Assembly: GCA_001643675.2 (NCBI GenBank)
Contig: LSRY02000005.1
Coordinates: 1,488,001-1,552,000, forward strand
DNA: 64,000 nt
Source: Monocercomonoides exilis PA203
Lineage: Eukaryota; Protista; Preaxostyla
Direction: 5' to 3'
A program made the translations under genes and the position numbers. The notes under the pieces were generated by a model. That model did no database searches, was not told the DNA's origin, and was given only the letters and a program-made list of their open reading frames with translations. Positions 45,668-58,891 of this stretch are shown one piece after another. The stretch's first letter is position 1. Every line of letters starts with the position of its first letter.

Positions 45668-47400
45668 TTATAAACGTCTTTTCACAACATCTGTACACAT
45701 TACGGGGTTAGTGTCGTTGGAGTATTTTGTCTTTTGTCTCTCGTTGAATGTACCAATTTTGTTCGTTGAAGATGGAAATTTATTATGTGAACAATAGAGA
45801 GTGAAATTCTTATGTGAATCTATTGTTTTATCCCCAATTTTTTCTTCACATTTTCTCCAAAATCCCGAGTCATTGTTGTTAGCATCGTTTATGAATTCAT
45901 CAAACCACGCGTCGAATGAATCTTCGTTCGATTTTTGGATCCAGTTTAAGAACTCTGGCATCTCGAACCTTGTGTATGGCTTGAATGAAATCTTTTTGGA
46001 TATTTCATCAGACTCCCTGATATATTTGACAAAAGAGTTAACAAAGTTTTCATCCGTGAAGAATGCATTCCATAATTAATTCCATATTTCAACAGAATCT
46101 GCTCTCGGTGAAAGGATTCGTTCGATTGGATATTGACGTTTTTGAACTGCTTTGTTTGAGTTTATACGTGTAAATGATGAATTGTTTGTCGAGAAATCAC
46201 AATCGAAATACTGTGTGATGTTTTCGTCGTCTCTCGCCATTGATCTTGTTGATTGCAAATCATTATCCAGGATTTTGAATTCTTTGACAATAACTTTTAA
46301 ATCTTTTATTCGTGGAAGTTCGTCGAATTGTATCTGTAATTTGTTCGAAAGCAAAGATTTCGTTTGTTCTTTGCCCAATTGACTAAACATGACATTCACG
46401 GAGGAAAATTCATTATTATAAACCTTTGTCCTTAATGTTGACAGAAATCCTTTTCCTCCACATCCTTCAGCACCATATCAACCAAGTGAAATCTTCGTTC
46501 TCTTGTAGTTGTTTCTGAATCGCCATTGATCACGACCAAGGTCAAAGATGAATGTTGTTTCATCTGTGTATGTTGTTTTGAGAAAAACAAACATCTCTTC
46601 AACTTCTTGCTTCATGTCAATTTTTGGCTCTCTCATTCGGAATGTTGTGAAAACGTTTGGTTTATCGATAACAGGTGCAACTTCATCATGAACTTTGAGT
46701 TCAAAAAAATGCTCAACAAACAAGCTTTTGAGGGTGACAGTACCACCACTTGAACCTTTACTGATTATATATCGTTTCATTTGTTGTTCGAACCATTCTG
46801 CATCTCAAACATAATATTGGTCTTTTCTCACTCGCGCAATAACGTCTGTTGCTTCACTAATTGCGGCAAATATGTGAAGGATATTAGTGACAAGTTCAGC
46901 TTTAAACATGTTTTTTTCGCATTTTTTTTTACAAGATTATTGTACGTCTCAGTGCAAGATTCGAAATCAATAGTTCCCTTTTGGAACTACTCTTTTTAAT
47001 TATTGGAAACAAAGGGATCAAACTGTTTCAACAAGCTGAAAAATCAATTGTTTGTCATCTCTTGTTTGTAAAAATTCTGCTTATCATGTCAATTACCACA
47101 TCATCGTCTCCATTCATGTGAACACCTTTTCTGTTCCATTTACATAAGCATTCTTTCAGAAATTCTTCAGAAAAAGGACTAGACCTCAGAATCCCTAGCG
47201 TGAACATCAGATTATCGAATGTCGGCTCAAAGTTGTCCAGAAATTCGTTCATTTCATTGGACGTGAACAGAATTAAATCGTGACAATCATAAATTGTCCC
47301 GTCATCGTTTTCATGCTCGGCTTTTTGTTTATCTTTCTTCATGTCGTTAATCTCCAACGAAAATATCACACTCCATTCAATTGCAGTCACAATTTTCTCA
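45668..47400 (-). pseudogene. D5/P4-alpha-like primase-helicase (superfamily 3) relic of viral or plasmid type
   Basis: Reading through stops gives Walker A YGAEGCGGKG (46474-46448), Walker B IQFDE, motif C FSTNN, AVQKR (Arg-finger position). A PriCT-like helical segment lies upstream. No introns or low-complexity inserts. Confidence 0.75.
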
Positions 47401-47430
47401 TTTCCCCTCGTCTAAATTATTTGAGTCGAT

Positions 47431-47638
47431 GGCTGATCCTATTTAAAATCACACTTTCGATCAAGTTTTGATCAAAATTTTTATCTCCATGGGATTTTTG
47501 TCAAAATTTGTTTCAGTAAAAGCAATAACATAAACAAAAAAAGTGTTCCCTATTGCAACTCATTTTCTTCAAAATCCCACTGAGATAAAAATTTTGATTT
47601 AAACTCGAACGATAGTATGATTCCAAAAAGGATAAGCC
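47431..47638. mobile_element. ~208-bp foldback element (MITE-like), GGC...GCC ends, AT on both sides
   Basis: 47429-47498 versus the reverse complement of 47571-47640: 58/70 identical. Confidence 0.65.
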
Positions 47639-47962
47639 ATATTTCTTATTTCTTTTGATATATTCTTAAATATTGGAAAATTTCAATTTGAAATGAATTA
47701 TTATTTAAAAATTCTTTATTTCATCTATAGATAAAAAAAGGTTTCTTTTTCATTTCTTTTTTCATTTTCTTTTTCCATTTTCTTTTATTTTTTTGTTCAT
47801 TCTTTGAAATAATCCTTATTGACAAATTCAGAAATTTTTGAAGAGCACATAAAGATTAAAAAAAGAGGTAAAAGAAGTTTTGAAATGAAAGACACTTCTC
47901 TGACATAAACTTGTAAATATTTCAAATCAATAAAATAATATTTTTTCAACAGAAAAAAATAA

Positions 47963-50900
47963 TCACATTTCTGAAAGAGTCTGCTCAATTGTTTTATCAA
48001 CAATTTCAATATCTGATGTTTCACAGTTCTCATTAGTAATTAATGAAAGCTTTGTTAAAGATAAATACAGCAATCTTTTCTCCTGTGACACTGCATCTGA
48101 CAACATGGTTGCATTTTGATTTGGCACAACATTTTTCAAATTTGACGTTGGCTCAGTTACAAAAGAAGTCTCAGTATTTGGATCATATCCATTACAATGT
48201 AGCTTTTGATCAATTGCAGAAAGTGTCTGAAGTGTTTTCTCCGCTTCGCTCCATTCTTTTTCTTGAACCAAATAAATCCAGTGCAAGTCTGGATGGTCCC
48301 TTAGAAACGCATCTAATTCTTCCTTTAGCTGTTCGGGAAGATGAAGAAGTGAATAAACTCTTCCAGAAATCAGCCAGCGGCTCAGCACATATTGTACAAG
48401 TCCGACTTTTCTCAGTGGTGTTTCTTTTTCCTGATGTTTTCCATTTCCGGGCATCATGAACTGGATAAGTAAATCTTCATCATGAAGCAAAGTGCAACAT
48501 TCATAAAGAAGTTGCTTGTCGCAATAGCGAACAGAAAGCCTGATAACTGTATTGTACTGTTTGGCTTCCTTCAGAGGCAACAAAAGACGACTGCGCAAAG
48601 CAGAGAATGTGGATTCAGAGAGCAGTTGTTGTCTTTCGGAATCGCTAACAAATAATCCTTTTTGAATTGAATGAGATGTGAATCTATTTAGTACAGAATG
48701 CAAGCAGAAATTAACAAGGATTTCAAAGTCTGCACGTAAGCAAGAGAACTTTTGCAAATGAATGCTATTTAGCACTTGAGAATGTTGTGAGTCATTCATC
48801 AACACAGAAGAACAAGAAGAAGTATTTCCCTGTGTCAAAGAAGGAAAAGAAAATTGGTTGCTTCCTCTGCGCATAAACACTGCAAATGCTTCGCAAAGCA
48901 TGCAAAGTTCTTGAACAGAAAATTCTTGGGTGTTCCACATCTTGTTCAACAGAGAAGCATTCTTAGAGATGCAGAAAGGCAAAGACAGTTCCTCCTCTTC
49001 CAGCTTTGCTTCTGAAATTGGGTTTTGTATATCAATCGCAGAATCCGTTTGCTGAAGTGAAAGTGAGGTGCTTACATTCTTTTTAGAGTCAAAAGAAAGA
49101 TGAAACTGTTCAGAATTCCACCATTGATCCTCACAAATCGACGCCCTCCTGAATTTTTCAGATTGAGAGCAGACTGCCGCGCCTAAACGTGAGCAGCAGA
49201 GTGAAGTCAGCGCAACAACTTCGCTCAGAGGCAGCTTTAAGTCACTGGAAAGCTGAAGCAATGCAGATCTGAATAATGTTTTTGTTCTTTTCAGGCTTGT
49301 TGAAGATGAGAAGAGAGACTTGAAGTTATCAGAAGGCACTGAAGAAATTTCAGAAGAAGATGATGACAACGATGAAGAAGGGGAAGATGCAATCATTTTT
49401 TCATTTTCTTTATCGCTTTCGAAAGATTGTGATGCGCAAGAATCATTCACCATTTGAGAAGCTGTCCCAACGCAACAAGCAAGAGGGCATATGAACTCAA
49501 CAACATTTTGCTCATTCAGGAAGAACTGCTCAAACATCTTTACCCAATCAACTTCTGAAATTGTTGCTTCAAAATCTCCCTTTGAAATGGTGTTTGAGCT
49601 GTTTTTGCTGAATTTTTGATCAGATGAAAGTTGCAAAGCACATTTCACACAGATGCTAAACAATCTGCAAAGCACAATATGCTCGGCCTCTTCAAAGGAA
49701 CATTTTCCAACAGCAACAGATCCATTCAAGAAACCTATCTCATTGCTCTTACTCATCGCTTGCTGTGTTGAAGATGCATTCAAAGAAGAAGAAGAAGGAG
49801 AAGAAAAAGATGACGAAGAAGAAGGCGAGAACAAAAATGGTGAAGAAAGGGAAGAACTTGAAGTACTACCAAACACGAAATTCTCTCCAGGAACAATACG
49901 GCGAGACAAAAAGAAGTGCTGATCTTGTTTTTTCCTCAACTCCTCTTTCTTTCTGCTCTCTTCTTCTTTCTTTGCTTCTACAAATTCAAACGATTTCACA
50001 ACGCAATTCCCCAAAACAAGAAACATTTGCAGCTTTTCAGTTGTCTGCTGCAACTTGAGTCTGTGCGAAAATGACAGAAAAGCAAGCAATTTCGTGCTGC
50101 TCAAAAGAGGAAACGAAGAAGAGGAAGAAGAAGAAAGAGAAGAGCAGTCAAAATAAAATGGAACAGAAAGAAAAGAAATGAAGTGTTCCAGAAGTTGCAG
50201 TTTGTGTCTGATGAGTGCAAGAGAATGTCGAAGTGTGTTTGAAAGAGTGTTTTTGGCAGTTTGCTCAAACGGTTGATGTGTGGAACGATATGAAATGAGT
50301 TCGTTGGAGGAATGAAAAGGCACAACTGAAGAAGATATCGTTGCTGATGAAGAGGAAGAGGAGGAAGAAGAAGATGGAGAAGAAAGCATAAATGAATCGG
50401 TTGTGTCGATTGAAACAGATGGAGAAGCTGTAGAAGAAGAAGTAGAAGAAGAAGATGCTGATGATGTGTCTGCATCTGCAGTATTCACTACCAGATTCAG
50501 GAGATGGAACAAGAGCAGAGGAAGAAGCACAGACAGGAATTTAACTGCATTTTGCGGGTTCTCAAAACAGCACAAATCAGAACGAGGATCCAAATACTGT
50601 TTGAGCGAAGGGGGAATCGAGGTAAAGTCGATGAGATGAAGAGATGGCAGTCCGCAGAACGAGACAGAAAGCGCATTAACCAAAGCATCAGTGAAGAAAC
50701 TGTTGTTTATCGAAGTGTGGCTGCTTCTCTGCCTCAAAGAAAGAGAAGATGAAGAAGAAGAAAAGTGTGACTCTGCAATGCTTTTCCTTGGATCGGTATC
50801 CGAACTCAAAGCAGACTCAAACAAAGCAAGTGAATCGCTTGAAGGAAGGAAAAGATGGAAGAAGAAAGAAGACAGAATCTTCTCTGCTTCTCCTTGTCTT

Positions 50901-53900
50901 TGCAAGCTAACAGCAAAAAAGGCCTGCCTCAGCACAAGAAGTGCAGAAACAGCCCATTCTTTGAATGTGAGTGTGGAAGAAGAGCACGCTGCATACAGCG
51001 AGGAGTAATCAACATCTCTCAGCAGAGGCAGCTCAATCGACACATTCGCCTCCTCCGAACCAGATAAAACAGGTGAAGAAAGCGAAATAACTGTCTTTAG
51101 CGGCTGGCTCTGGACAAAGCTGTCGCTGCGTTGCTTCACCAGCCTGCGTTTGACTGCTGATTCGTCTGTGTTTGTTGAAGGCTCATTCAACTGGCCAATC
51201 AAACGAGGGAACTGCGGATGAACAGCTGTTGATTGAGCTTTTTCAGAAGTCAATGAGTTCAGAATGGGCAGAGCAGACAAAGTGACGGAAGGACTAAGAA
51301 AAGTGCGAGATGTTGAATTACATGAAGCAGGAGGCAATGCAGAAGAGGCGATTTGATAGCTGCTAAGGTCTTTGTCATTTGGGCGATAGATAAGCATTCC
51401 AAATGGAAGGCACAGCAGAAAATGAAGAGTTTCTGTTTCGTTGTTATCTTCTTCTTCTTCCTTTGCATTTGTAGTATCGCATTCCTTTTCATATGACTTA
51501 GAATTCCTTTTTGAAGAAGAATCTGATGAGTCCATCAAATCTTCTTTTTTCGCACTATTTTTGATTTCTGAACGAGGAAATAGCGAGCACAGCAGCGCCT
51601 TCTTCTTCATCTCTGAAACAGCCTCCAAAAGACGCTCACAAACAGTCTTTGATTCATTTCTGCTGTTTCCAGCTCGAAGAAATGAAGAAGGAACAGAAAC
51701 AGCATATCCGCTGAACAGCGGGCAGTCAGACGAGAAGGTGAGAGACAAAGAACGAAGTGGTGAATAAGAGGGAAGAAGAGAAGAAGAACTGAAAGATGAT
51801 GTTGACGATGATGAAATCAAAGATGTGCCAATTGCATCTCCACAGCCTGACCACAATCCCCCGCTGAACGGAGACTCAGGAAGTGAAGGAGAAGACGCAA
51901 GCAGAAGAACAGAGCTGTTGAAGGCAGATATTTCAGAGCGCAACTGTTGTGGCTGGCTGAATCCGTGCGAAAGGAGACGAGCTGATATTTCTGGCATAAG
52001 AAGACTCAAAGGTCTTTTCCCAAACGTGAAAGTTCTGCTTCTGCTGGATGCGTTTGGTTCAGTTGAAAGATTGCAGACTGAATTGCAAACATTGGAAGAT
52101 GATGAAACATTTGATAATGAAGAAGAGCATAATGATGACGATGAAGATGAAAAAGAAGACGAAGATGATGAAGATGAATAAGAACTTAAAGAGCCACAGA
52201 CAGACTGAGCATCGTTGGAGTATCTGTCCAATGATGAGTCAGTTGCTATCAGATAGTCAGTGTGAGGTGTGAGTGCATCCACAACACTTTCAGATGGAGA
52301 AGAAGGAACAGCCAAATGTTGAGAAGATGAGCAAGGTGATGGAGAAGATAAAGAAGAAGAAGAAGAAGAAGACATTGAAGAAGGTAATGCTGCTGAATCT
52401 GCATTTGAGGTTATGAGATTGGATGCTGGTGAAATGTTTTCAGTGTTCATATTGAAAGACGATGACAACGTCGGAGAAGAAGAAGCAGAAGAAAGAAGTG
52501 ACGAAGAAGAAGAACATGACGATGATGATGACAAAGCTGTATTATTCAAAGGCGCCTGCTGTTTGTGCTCATCACAAATCTGCTCTGTGTAATTCAGCTT
52601 CAAAATCTGCGATGAGAACAAGAAAGGAATGATGCTGAATCCGTCTGATGAATCAGCCCCTTTCTTTGACTTCTCTTCAAAATCAACATTTTCCAGCTGA
52701 ACTATCTTTCTTCCCTTGCTGTATTCAATCGCCTCAGCCAGCGACGAAGAGTTCGAAGCAGCAAAAAGATCATCGTTTGCAATTGAAACCACATAAAACT
52801 CTCTCATCATCGATGCTCCTTCCACAGCAACTGTTGGGGTGATGCTGAAGAGCACATGTGCTGTCTGCGGCTCTGCCCGCTCTCTGAACGGCTTGCTGCG
52901 CCATTTTTGCAGCGCCTCAGGAACTTTTGGCGGGTTTGCATGAGTTGACTGTGAATGAGGCTGCTTCTGTGAAGATGTCGATGAAGATGAAGAAGAACAT
53001 GATGATGATGCTGATGAACGGTGCGAAAGCTGTTTGATTTTCTTCACAAGCGAAGTGAAAGCAGACAAGCCAGTTGCAAATGAAGAGTTGCTCTTTGCAT
53101 TTTTGTTGGGAGTTGCTTCTTCTTCGCTGCTGTCGCTCCATTCGCTGCAGAAGTCGTCTGATTCGCTGCTGTTCTGCTTTTCTGCTTCAGTCGATTCTTC
53201 ATCAGAGAAAGTGTCTTCTTCTGAGCTTTCTGAAGCATCTGCTGACTCTTCTCTTTCGCGAGAGTGCCATCTGCCATTGCCTTCTTCTTCCTCCTCCTCT
53301 TTTGTTCTTCTTTTCATTTTTGTGTTTCTGATCTGGTGTGCTTTTATTCTTCCCTCGTTTCTTCCTCTTCTCTGTCTCTCTGATTTGATCCTTTGCAATC
53401 TCCTCTCTCTTTCAATTTCCTTTTCTTTCCTTCTTTCCTCTTCTTCGTCTCTTATCAAACTCTCGCTTTTCCTTTCCCTTTCCAACGACAAGTCCAGCAA
53501 GCTGATACAAAATGGAATGTGTTTCAGTTCAGAATCGGCATTCAGCAGAGTTCGACGCAACGCATTTTCCAAAGGAACTTCAAACAGATGCTGCGCAGAA
53601 GAGGCAAGTGGCTGCTTAATCGGAGGAGCAGTATAAAATACTGCTGATGGAATATTTTCTTGCTGTTGCATGTCATCCCAATTCTGATTTTGTTCCGAAC
53701 ATGAAAACCCCTTTCGGTATTCATATTCGTCTATGTCTTCTTCTTCTTTCTCTTCTTTCTCTTCTTCTTCGCTTTCTGAATATCTAACGATCTTTCGCAA
53801 ATCCTTCTTCAATTCTTCAAGTTCCATGCTGCTTTTCTTCATCATGGAGTTCCTTCTGTTTCTTTCTTCATCAAACAAATCACTTTTGAAGATCTTCCTT

Positions 53901-55102
53901 GTTCTTTCTTTCTTTCCATCATCCATTTTAACTGCGTATCTCGTGAGACTCAACTTTGGGATCAGCGTAAGCGAACCTTCGTCCAAGCTCCATCCGCTCA
54001 ATGAAGAGGAAGTCAAAACATAAATGCATCTTGGCTGAAACGGTGTTAGCGAGCAAACTTTCATTTCAGATAAATTAAATGTATCTGCATCCAATTGTTT
54101 CCCAAAACTATAGCCGAGATCAAAACTATTTGGATGTTTGATATTCGGTACTGCTGACGAGACAGCCATTTTCACTGGAGAATTTTGTTGAATTCTCATC
54201 TGACTTTGAACTCTTGAAGAAAAAGCATCTGCAAGTCTCATGTGCCAAAAAGAATAAACAATTTCTGACACTCTAACTCGGATGTCTGATAAATTATTGT
54301 TAATCATTGGTGATAATTTCTGAAGCGTTGTTTGGCAGAAATGATCATGTGAAAATTGAAGTTGAAACAATCTGCACTGCGATGTCAGAATAACGTGTCC
54401 ACTTGGTTCGCATTCCTTTATTGAATGAATGATTTCATGTTTTGAAAAATTTAAAGAAAGTTTAACTCTGATAATAATCTGGGGTTGTTTTAAAGGTGTT
54501 GTTGAGTAAATTACAGATCCATCTGAAAATGCAAATAAAAAAGCATTTCCCACAGAGCAGGCAACATCAACCAAATATGAGTATGGTAATGAATCTTTTA
54601 ATTCATCATTAAAAAAACACTCGGAATTTGAAAAGTCAAATTTAACAGGAATAGGATTTGGATCAAACGCAGGCCAAATGTAGCAAACATAATCGTAAGA
54701 AACCCAACAAAAAATTGTCGAATTGAAATTTTCTAAATGAAAGGAAGGACTACAACCCAATGAAGAATTGAAGAAAGTAGGAAAAATCGAATATGAGTCA
54801 GATTGTTCAAAAAAGCCAGTACGAATCCTTTCAGGATGATCACATGATAAAACAAATTGCATTATATCATTGTGCAAAAATGAAAAAACTGAGATTCCGT
54901 GATCATCAAAATAACCGTGGATTTCTGTTAAATCAAATTCATGCATAATAAAATTTGTATCAATGGTTAAGTTGATCAAATGTTGTTTTTCAATAGCTTT
55001 CTATTGTTTCGGTGAAAATGATAAATTATGTATACAAACAAGTTGTAACAAACAGTTTCTCTTATTTATTGAAACTTCAACATAGGAAAATTTATCACTC
55101 AT
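47963..55102 (-). CDS. NUP133: Nucleoporin Nup133-like, expanded to >2300 aa; probable 39-nt intron 55001-55039; start uncertain (ATG 55102 or 55279)
   Basis: C-terminal LSVRYCDKQLLYECC...FLRDHPDLHWIYLVQEKEWSEAEKTL...KRLLYLSLTKL follows the Nup133 solenoid pattern (LAEKYCDF...LSWLH...LLGLSKL). Beta-rich N-terminus. The GTTTGT...AATAG intron joins the upstream ORF in frame. Confidence 0.8.
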
Positions 55103-55449
55103 TCTTTCAAGATGAATTAAATAAAAAATAAAAAAAATTAATAATTGAAAATGTGATGATTTGGAATTCTCACTAACATCGACACCATCTCCTGTATTAT
55201 CAATATCTTCGTGGTGATTGTCACTATCTTTTTGATCAATTTGCCGAACATTTGCTTCAGAATTTGCCTTTTCTTTCATTCTTATTTGACAGAAGCTAAA
55301 ACTGAATCCCGACAATAATGGCCTTTTTTTATTCAATAGTTATTTCTGCATTTCCTTTGAAATCCAGTCCACAACAACACCCTCTAACAAAGTCCCAATG
55401 TGTGTCTTTGAGTTTAGCAATTTATGTCAAAAGAAAGAAAGAAACGCAA

Positions 55450-56460
55450 AAAGTTTCACTTTTAAAATGTTGCTTTTCAGTTCTGTCTTGTTATGCTTGT
55501 TGTCAATTCAATGCTTTTCTCATTTTTCATTTTCATCAAGAAAAATGCAAGTTTCGAATTGATCCCATTCATCTTCCTTTTCTTTTCATCCTTTCCCTTC
55601 AACTTCCATCTTCAAATCCACCAACTTCATCACCTCATCCAGTTCTCTTTAAACCTCTCTCACAAGAATCAGCTCATCTACAACCCCCTTTTTCAAAACT
55701 TCTGATGAACTGAAACTGCCATGAACATTCAAATGTTTGTTTTGTCAGATTTCTGTGTTCTTCTTCATTTTCGATGATTTCTCTCATCTCCTCAAAAAAC
55801 AGCTCTTTTTCTCTTTTCTGTTTCCCATTTGATGAAAACACCAACGTGTTTCCCGAACCAACAAAGACAACACAATTTCACTTTTCAAATACTTCAAAAC
55901 GATTCAAAATCAATAACGCCATTTCCACTTCTTTTTGAATTGCTTCTCTTTCTCCTCTGCTCAGTCAAGCTTTCGGAAGACAAGACATGACGATTTCATG
56001 GAAGTGAGATGGCGCAAGTTGTTCAGGAGAAAAGGTATTTCACGAAGATCAACAAGAAATTCTGCTCTCTTTTCTCCAACACAACCATCCTTTCAAATCT
56101 TCTGCACAATAAAGAACAATGAGAAAACAACCACTCAGAATTCTTCTCATCACTGATTAATATCCATCATGCTTCAGTATCAGAATGGAATTTTTCGCCA
56201 TTATATTCTATTCTTCAATCGATTTGTCAATTGAATTGAACAATTCTATCTGCAAAACAAAAACAATCTCTTCTTCTTCCATTTTGTCAACAATCTCATT
56301 TATCTCTTCAATTCTCTGCTTCTGCTCAATTTCAATGCAATAGTCCAATTCAGAGAAAATCCCATCAAAAAAGAATCGCAATCATTGAAGGAATTGAAAA
56401 GAATGCCAAAAATAAAAAATACTTGAAAACATGTCCTTTGAAGTCATTTCCACAGCTCTG
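55450..56460 (-). pseudogene. Decayed member of a lineage-expanded helical-repeat hypothetical family
   Basis: Remnants such as NSILILKH and QKEVEMALLIL with many stops. Family assignment is from memory of oxymonad hypothetical proteins. Confidence 0.45.
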
Positions 56461-58119
56461 CTTTCAAATTGACTGTCTTCACACCATTTCATTCAGAATA
56501 ACATAAGGAAAGCTTCATGTTTTTCAAAAACAGTGAGTCCATCAAAAAAAGAGATTTGAATCCAAAACGTTGTTGATTGTTTGACAAAATGAAAAAGGAT
56601 CAATTTCAATATCAATTGATTTGATTTGTGAAAAACAATGGAAAAGAGAACAGAGTGAAATTTCATGACTCAACTGGAAAAGACCAGAAAAGAAACACAC
56701 TCGTTCATTTCGTATCAAATCAACAATAATACAAAAAGATGTTGTTTTGAATTGATCAATGAGGTATCGCTTGTTCTTCGAAGAGTTTGCACAATCTGAT
56801 TTAACAATTATATTTGTCTGAAGAGAATCGGAAAGCAAGAAAACAACATTGTTGAAATAGAAAAACAATTGTTTGTTTCTTATTGATGCATACAACCAAG
56901 TGTCAAAAATATGAAATTCTTGAACTCTTCATTAGTATTTTTGACTTCAGATTAAAGAGGTTAAAAGGAAAGAAATGAACAACGGAAAGCAAACTTCGAT
57001 TGAGATTGGAAAAATACCATGAAAAATGAACAAAGAAGAGAAAAGCCTTTCGAGAGATGAATGGCAAATGATGATTGTTGATGGAGACAAAGACACATTC
57101 TTTTTCTTTTTTCATGAAATGAGAAACGTCTTTTTTGTTGTGAACAAAAACAATTTGTGAAGGTCCACTCCAACAACAAAGAAAAAAGTAAAATATCTGA
57201 GATGGAACGTTTATTCCAATCAACTTGTTGAAGTCGTCCAACAGTGAAATCCATTGTTTCAGAAATGAAAAATACTTATTTAAAAAAGAAGACAAGCAAG
57301 GGAATGTTTCTTTTGAGATGGAGAGAAAAAAATACTTCTTTATTCTTTAGCATTTGGAGGTGTGGAGGAAGAGGAACTGAGAAACACATATGAAGAAACA
57401 GTTTCAACACAAAGTGAATGAAGAAAGTCACAAACAATATGATTTATTCACTTTTTCGCATTATTTGGAAAGAAACAATTTGAATCAAGCAGTTCTGAAA
57501 TCCTTCTTTTGTTATCATAATCGTTTCAAGAAAACAAACAACTGAATGTTTGATATCCCATCAATCTATCTTTTTTCATCTGTGTTCAGAAAATGCAAAT
57601 TCTTTTGCTTCTCACCATCTGAGCCGAAATGATACAAGTGCCTTGTTTGCATCCATTTCTTCTGTCACTCTTCCAACTTCATCTTTCACTGTCACAGCTG
57701 TTGAATTTGATAAAATGATTGATTAAAAAAGTTGCTTCATCCAATCAAACAACTTCATTGATGAAGACCTTTCATTGAAACCTTTCATCAAAGCTGATGA
57801 TGTGACATATTAATTCCTCTGATGATAAGAACAACAAATTCCTTTTCATTTTTCATTTTGATTATTCCTTCTCAAAATTTCAATGTTGTATTCAACTGTT
57901 TGAGAAATCAACAGAGCAAATCAAATCTCAAGTTTTAAACACGGTTATGTATTATGATTGATTGATGTGAAGAATATTTGAAAAGTATTTGATTTTGTCT
58001 ATCAAAAGTTTTTATCAGTTAATTGTTGTTAATGATTTTCGAAAATGAACTTATTCACAAGAGACAGTCATGGTTGTAATTGGATTTCGATTGTAATTTC
58101 ACAAAGAAAATAAAACAAA

Positions 58120-58615
58120 GGCAAATGGGTATGATACGACCAGTGAAAAATTCATATCATAACGATTTCTTTTTCATATTCCCACCAGATAAATCATAGT
58201 ACAATGAAGATGGAATCAGTTTTTATCATCAATTTTTTTTCAAATAAAGAAATTTATTATTTTTTCAATTTTTGAATTAAGATAAAAAAATTGTTTTCGT
58301 ATTGAAGCCCTTATATCTTTATTAATGTTGTAAAAAATTTAATATCTTTAATGGTTAACCCTAATTCATAAAGTTCTCTCGTAAAAATTAGTCAATTTTA
58401 AAAAACAAACCTAAAAGAAAATATGATTAAATTAAATGATGGACTTGATCAAAGTTTTTTATCTCTTTCAGATTGATAATGTTGGTAGATAATTTAATTT
58501 TTCAATAGAATTTCATAACTGACCTTAATAAATGAGTACGTTAAGCTCGGTATCTATACAGTTTTTGATATTTTCAAGAAAAAAATCATTGCTGGCCGTA
58601 TAATCCCCCTTTGCC
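58120..58615. mobile_element. 496-bp non-autonomous DNA transposon, Merlin/IS1595-like ends
   Basis: 24-bp TIRs GGCAAATGGGTATGATACGACCAG / CTGGCCGTATAATCCCCCTTTGCC (20/24); exact 8-bp TSD AAAACAAA at 58112-58119 and 58616-58623. Confidence 0.85.
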
Positions 58616-58891
58616 AAAACAAATCTGTTAACATTTTTTATTCGACGAACAAAACAAAACTCAAAAAAAATAATTTGTCATTTTTTCTCAATTATTCACA
58701 AATTTCTCTCTTCAAAAGTGATTAATTTTATAAATAATAATTATTCAATAATCAAAATTTTACAAAGATACATTTGAAAAATCATTTTATTCATTCTCAG
58801 TTGTCACAAAAAAATAGTAATTTTTAATGGAAAATACAAATATATTGGGCGCAGGAATTTTTATTTTCAGTTTTTTCTTTCATCTTCTTCC

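Noticed and set aside
13250-46100. In-frame TAA/TAG in several relics, suggesting TAR=Gln recoding as known in some oxymonads
   Set aside because: Alpha-tubulin ends EY-TAG, the receptor ends in TAA, long intact ORFs contain no TAR, and the relics also carry TGA stops and frameshifts. Ordinary decay explains it.
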